Shown here piece by piece: positions 60,539 through 64,000 of a DNA stretch of 64,000 nucleotides. Under the pieces are notes generated by a model. It was given only the letters and a program-made list of their open reading frames with translations, made no database searches and was not told the DNA's origin. The first letter of the stretch is position 1; the number at the start of each line of letters is the position of its first letter. The translations under genes were made by a program, and so were the position numbers. Location: the NCBI GenBank assembly GCA_965216755.1, contig CBDCGL010000011.1, positions 3,552,001 through 3,616,000 on the forward strand, given 5' to 3'. Source of the stretch: Alphaproteobacteria bacterium. Its GTDB lineage: Bacteria; Pseudomonadota; Alphaproteobacteria; UBA7887.

Positions 60539-61645
60539 ATGACAAACAATCGTCGTGGCGCGGCCCTGGGTTATCCGGCAGGCGAAGACGATCGGCGCGT
60601 CGACGGCGATATATTAGTGTCTACGATGGCCGCCATATTTGGCGCATGCGGCATGCGCGACCACGATGCCAATGCTTTGGCGCGATCGCTTGTCGCGGCG
60701 GATTTGCGCGGAATCCACAGCCATGGTGTGATGCGTGTCCCGGATTACGTCAAACGCTTGACCAGCGGTGGCGTCGATCCGCGCGGCACGCCACGTATCG
60801 CCAGCGATCGCGGCGGCGCCCTGGTTGTTGATGGCGGCAATAGCATGGGTCAGATCGCGGCATCGTTCGCCATGGCCCAAGCCATTATGCGCGCGAAGTC
60901 CGCAAATGTCGCCGTGGCCGTTGTTGGGAATAGCAACCATTGTGGTGCTATGGATCAATATGCCCTGATGGCCAGCCGGGTGAATATGATTGGTTTGGCG
61001 ACCACCAATGCCTTGCCGACCATGGCGCCTTGGGGCGGTATCGACCGTATTCTCGGGATCAACCCCTTGGCAATTGCCCTGCCGGCAGGTGAGCATCATG
61101 ACTTGGTGATCGATAGCGCGTTCAGCCCGTCGGCGCGCGGCAAGATCGAAGTGTATGGTCAAAAGGGCTTGGCGTTGCCCGACAATTGGGCCACCGATGG
61201 CGACGGTCTTCCGACCACCGATCCGGCGGCTGCCTTGGCCGGGCTGATGCGCCCGATCGGTGATTACAAAGGATCCGGTCTGGCGCTCATGATGGGGTTG
61301 TTGTCGACCATGCTTTCCGGTGCCCAGTATGGCACGGCGCTCGGCAGCTTAGAGGACGGCGCCAAGGCCGGCGCCGATGGCCATTTCTTTGCCGCCCTGA
61401 ACATTGCCGGTTTCTGCGACATTGGGCTGTTCAAGCGCCGGGTCGACGATGTTGTGCGCGAGATCCATGGCGGCCGGCGTGCCCCCGGCGCCGATCGCAT
61501 CTTTGTCCCTGGCGAACGCGAAGCCGAACTGGAGGCGCTTTACGGCACCGGCGGCATCCCCCTTAACGCGGCGACGCTTGACGGTATCAGCGAAGCCGCC
61601 GGCCAGTTCGGTGTCGACGTCGAGGCTCTGAACCTGAGCGCGTGA
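60539..61645 (+). CDS. Ldh_2 family oxidoreductase (second paralog)
   Basis: ADLRGIHSHGV, NHCGA, GINPL, YKGSGL, VPGERE. Confidence 0.9.
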   Translation: MTNNRRGAALGYPAGEDDRRVDGDILVSTMAAIFGACGMRDHDANALARSLVAADLRGIHSHGVMRVPDYVKRLTSGGVDPRGTPRIASDRGGALVVDGGNSMGQIAASFAMAQAIMRAKSANVAVAVVGNSNHCGAMDQYALMASRVNMIGLATTNALPTMAPWGGIDRILGINPLAIALPAGEHHDLVIDSAFSPSARGKIEVYGQKGLALPDNWATDGDGLPTTDPAAALAGLMRPIGDYKGSGLALMMGLLSTMLSGAQYGTALGSLEDGAKAGADGHFFAALNIAGFCDIGLFKRRVDDVVREIHGGRRAPGADRIFVPGEREAELEALYGTGGIPLNAATLDGISEAAGQFGVDVEALNLSA

Positions 61646-61730
61646 TAGCGTCGTTCGCGCCGGGGCCTTCACTGTTGGCCTGTCGGGCGATTTGGCCGAA
61701 TTGCATAGACGGTCACTAAGTCTTTGATGC

Positions 61731-61764
61731 TAGACACAACGCATCGCGACGCAATAGTGTAACA
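61731..61764 (+). promoter_or_regulatory. Putative promoter overlapped by a Zur/Fur-like box
   Basis: TAGACA-N18-TAGTGT; cGCAATagtGTAACa (61750-61764) is an imperfect Zur-like dyad over the -10. Confidence 0.4.
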
Positions 61765-61796
61765 AATTGGCCGCGACCACCCGTTTAAGACTCCGA

Positions 61797-62276
61797 ATGG
61801 CGTTCACAGGAAAAGGCACCGATTTGATTCGTCTCCGACGCACGCGCTGGTTGGCGTGGTTGGGAATCGTCTGCCTGGTCCACGGGTGGACGCATATCGC
61901 CTTGCATGCGCTCGGCGGCGAGGGGACGGGCCACTTTGCGTGGGGCCCCGGCCATGCCGAAACGTTCGCCCACATCTCTGATGCCGCGGTCGCTCACGAT
62001 CACCATGGTTTCGCGGCCTTTGGGCATGCCGATCACCCATGCGATGGCGTCCATGCGTCAGAGCACAGCGACCATCGGCCGCAAACGCCTAGCGATCCCC
62101 ATGCCGGCGACGGCGACCAGTGTTTCTTGGCCAAACATCCGCCGACAACGCTGTGTCCTTTGCCGTCGAGCGCCGGACAGCAAGTTGCGGCGCAGGCCAC
62201 ACAGCCGGTCCCGAATGTCGTTCGGGGCGATCATCATTCGTTTGTATTCCCGATCCGCGCACCGCCAATCGCCTGA
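61797..62276 (+). CDS. His-rich DUF2946-like leader protein with C-terminal RAPP arrest motif
   Basis: Basic plus hydrophobic N-terminus, 18 His in 159 aa, ends FPIRAPPIA*. Confidence 0.75.
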   Translation: MAFTGKGTDLIRLRRTRWLAWLGIVCLVHGWTHIALHALGGEGTGHFAWGPGHAETFAHISDAAVAHDHHGFAAFGHADHPCDGVHASEHSDHRPQTPSDPHAGDGDQCFLAKHPPTTLCPLPSSAGQQVAAQATQPVPNVVRGDHHSFVFPIRAPPIA

Positions 62277-62370
62277 TCAACGCAAACGGCGCGACGGCTG
62301 AACGCCGCCATGACGGCGCTGTCACCCGCACCGCGCCTTCTATAAACATGATCAGCGAAAGGACCAACAC

Positions 62371-63822
62371 ATGGCACATGCCACGTGCTGGCGCGCCGGC
62401 ATATTGCTGGCGGCGACCATGGTGTTTGGGCACGAAGTTCATATTGCCCAAGCCCAAGACGATGCAGCGGCGCTCAAGGCCGAGGTGGAGCAAATCCGCG
62501 AAGAAATGCGGACCAGTCAAGAGGCCTATCAGTCGCAAATCGGCGACCTGATGTCGCGCATTCAACAACTCGAAGCGCAAAATGCCGCTTCTTCGCAGGC
62601 GTCAAGCACGACGCCAGGAACCTTTCAATTCGACTCGCGGGGCAGCGATGCCAGCTTCGGGATCGGTTTCAATATCGATGGTGTGGCCGGCGGCTCTTCG
62701 GCCGGCGACGAGATCCTGAAGGCGGGCGAGGTTGGGCTGCAAGGCGGCGCGCACGACCCAAACCGCAATGGTTTCACATTGCAAGCGGCCGAGCTTTCCC
62801 TTGTGGGCGTGGTGGATCCCTATTTTGACGCGCGCGCGACGGTGTTATTTCAAATCGACCAGAGCGGCGAAACAGTTCTCGAACTTGAAGAGGCGTTCGC
62901 CAAAACTCGTTTTCTGCCCGGCGGATTGCAGCTCACGGCCGGACAGTTCTATTCGCCATTCGGGCGCAAGAATTCGGTCCACGTGCACGCTCAGGATTTC
63001 GTCGACCAGCCCTTTATCATCACACGCATGTTCGGTGGTGACGGTCAGCGCCAAGTTGGCGCCAACCTGTCTTGGCTGACCCCTTTGCCGTGGTACTCCG
63101 AATTGTCCTTGGCAGTACAGAATTCGAACGGAGAAACAATGCCGAGTTTCGGTGGCGAAGACGAGGGCATTGCCGAGTTCGAGAACGTGATCGGCCAACA
63201 GCGAAATTTTTCCGACTTGGTCTACACCGGGCGTTGGTTGAACGGGTTTGACCTTTCCGACACGATCAGCGTCAACGTCGGTGCTTCGATATCGACCGGA
63301 CCAAACCGCACGGGGCCCGACAACAGAACGACCATTTTTGGTGGTGATGTGTACGCCAAATGGGTCGCGCCGAATGCGGTGCGTGGCTTCCCCTTTGTTT
63401 CGTTCGAGAGTGAAGTGATCGCGCGGCACTATGAGGCCGGCGATATCAACGACACGGGTCGCATTGATCTCGACGATTGGGGTTTTTACGCCCAAGCGCT
63501 GTACGGCTTTCAAGCCGGTTGGGTCGCGGGCCTACGCTTTGGCTACGCCGACGGCGATTCCGGCTCGGATAACTCGATCGACAACGCCACCGACCTGAAC
63601 CGTTCGTCACGTTACCGAATCTCGCCAAATATCACGTGGTACCCGACGGAGTGGAGCAAGATCCGGCTCCAGTACAACCATGATTGGTCGGAAGCTCTGC
63701 CCAGCTCAGGTCTGTCGGACGACGCCGACCCGATCACCGGCACCTATGATCGCCATACGGCCGATTCGATCTGGCTCCAACTCGGTATCGCGCTGGGCGC
63801 GCACGGTGCCCACGAATTTTGA
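62371..63822 (+). CDS. Outer-membrane beta-barrel/porin associated with metal (Zn) uptake
   Basis: Signal peptide, N-terminal coiled coil, LEEAF, N..H.H..DF, C-terminal GAHGAHEF; AAAGGA RBS. Confidence 0.8.
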   Translation: MAHATCWRAGILLAATMVFGHEVHIAQAQDDAAALKAEVEQIREEMRTSQEAYQSQIGDLMSRIQQLEAQNAASSQASSTTPGTFQFDSRGSDASFGIGFNIDGVAGGSSAGDEILKAGEVGLQGGAHDPNRNGFTLQAAELSLVGVVDPYFDARATVLFQIDQSGETVLELEEAFAKTRFLPGGLQLTAGQFYSPFGRKNSVHVHAQDFVDQPFIITRMFGGDGQRQVGANLSWLTPLPWYSELSLAVQNSNGETMPSFGGEDEGIAEFENVIGQQRNFSDLVYTGRWLNGFDLSDTISVNVGASISTGPNRTGPDNRTTIFGGDVYAKWVAPNAVRGFPFVSFESEVIARHYEAGDINDTGRIDLDDWGFYAQALYGFQAGWVAGLRFGYADGDSGSDNSIDNATDLNRSSRYRISPNITWYPTEWSKIRLQYNHDWSEALPSSGLSDDADPITGTYDRHTADSIWLQLGIALGAHGAHEF

Positions 63823-63831
63823 GGTCGTTGA

Positions 63832-64000
63832 ATGAAACCAACATTTGTGAGATGGGTGGGAGGGCTATTGGCCCTCCCCTTCTTTGCCCTGCAAACACCG
63901 GCGTATGCCGAATTTTTCATTGTGACCACGACCACCGATCTGGCGGCGATTGCCACTGAGGTTGGCGGCGATTTGGTATCGGTCAAAAGCTTGGCGCCCG
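63832..64000 (+). CDS. Metal ABC substrate-binding protein (ZnuA/TroA family), cut by the window edge
   Basis: MKPTF...PAYA signal, then IVTTTTDLAAIATEVGGDLVSVKSLAP; not in the ORF track. Confidence 0.85.
   Translation, partial: MKPTFVRWVGGLLALPFFALQTPAYAEFFIVTTTTDLAAIATEVGGDLVSVKSLAP

Overview
GC-rich bacterial chromosomal segment. The gene order (HIG1-etfBA-hbd-tlpA-argH-lipoprotein-lysA-TIGR02302-MJ0042-ftsEX-ydcF-plsC; yqaA-dsbB-coq7; HNH-esterase-gluQ) points to an alphaproteobacterium, probably Rhodospirillales-like (inference). The window is mostly housekeeping and transport: Dpp-type and sugar ABC transporters, an RND pair, trkH, folE, apaG, hisS, a full ccmA-I operon, and tRNA-Leu(CAA) and tRNA-Gly(CCC). 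No integrase, transposase, CRISPR array or prophage was seen. The three most interesting signals are cis-acting. (1) A His-rich, signal-peptide-bearing leader ORF ending in the ribosome-arrest motif IRAPP lies ahead of a metal porin and ZnuA-like binding protein, under a Zur-like box. (2) An unannotated, near-leaderless Val/Leu/Ile-rich uORF has a 5' end that can base-pair over the start codon of an orphan IlvM-like ACT protein, a candidate branched-chain amino acid attenuator. (3) There are two copies of an exactly 90-bp, AT-rich inverted-repeat element. Also noted: a decayed MCP-CZB gene, an atypical HisRS, and an ArsR-SRPBCC-ABM-methyltransferase module. All family calls come from motif recognition by eye; no database search was run.
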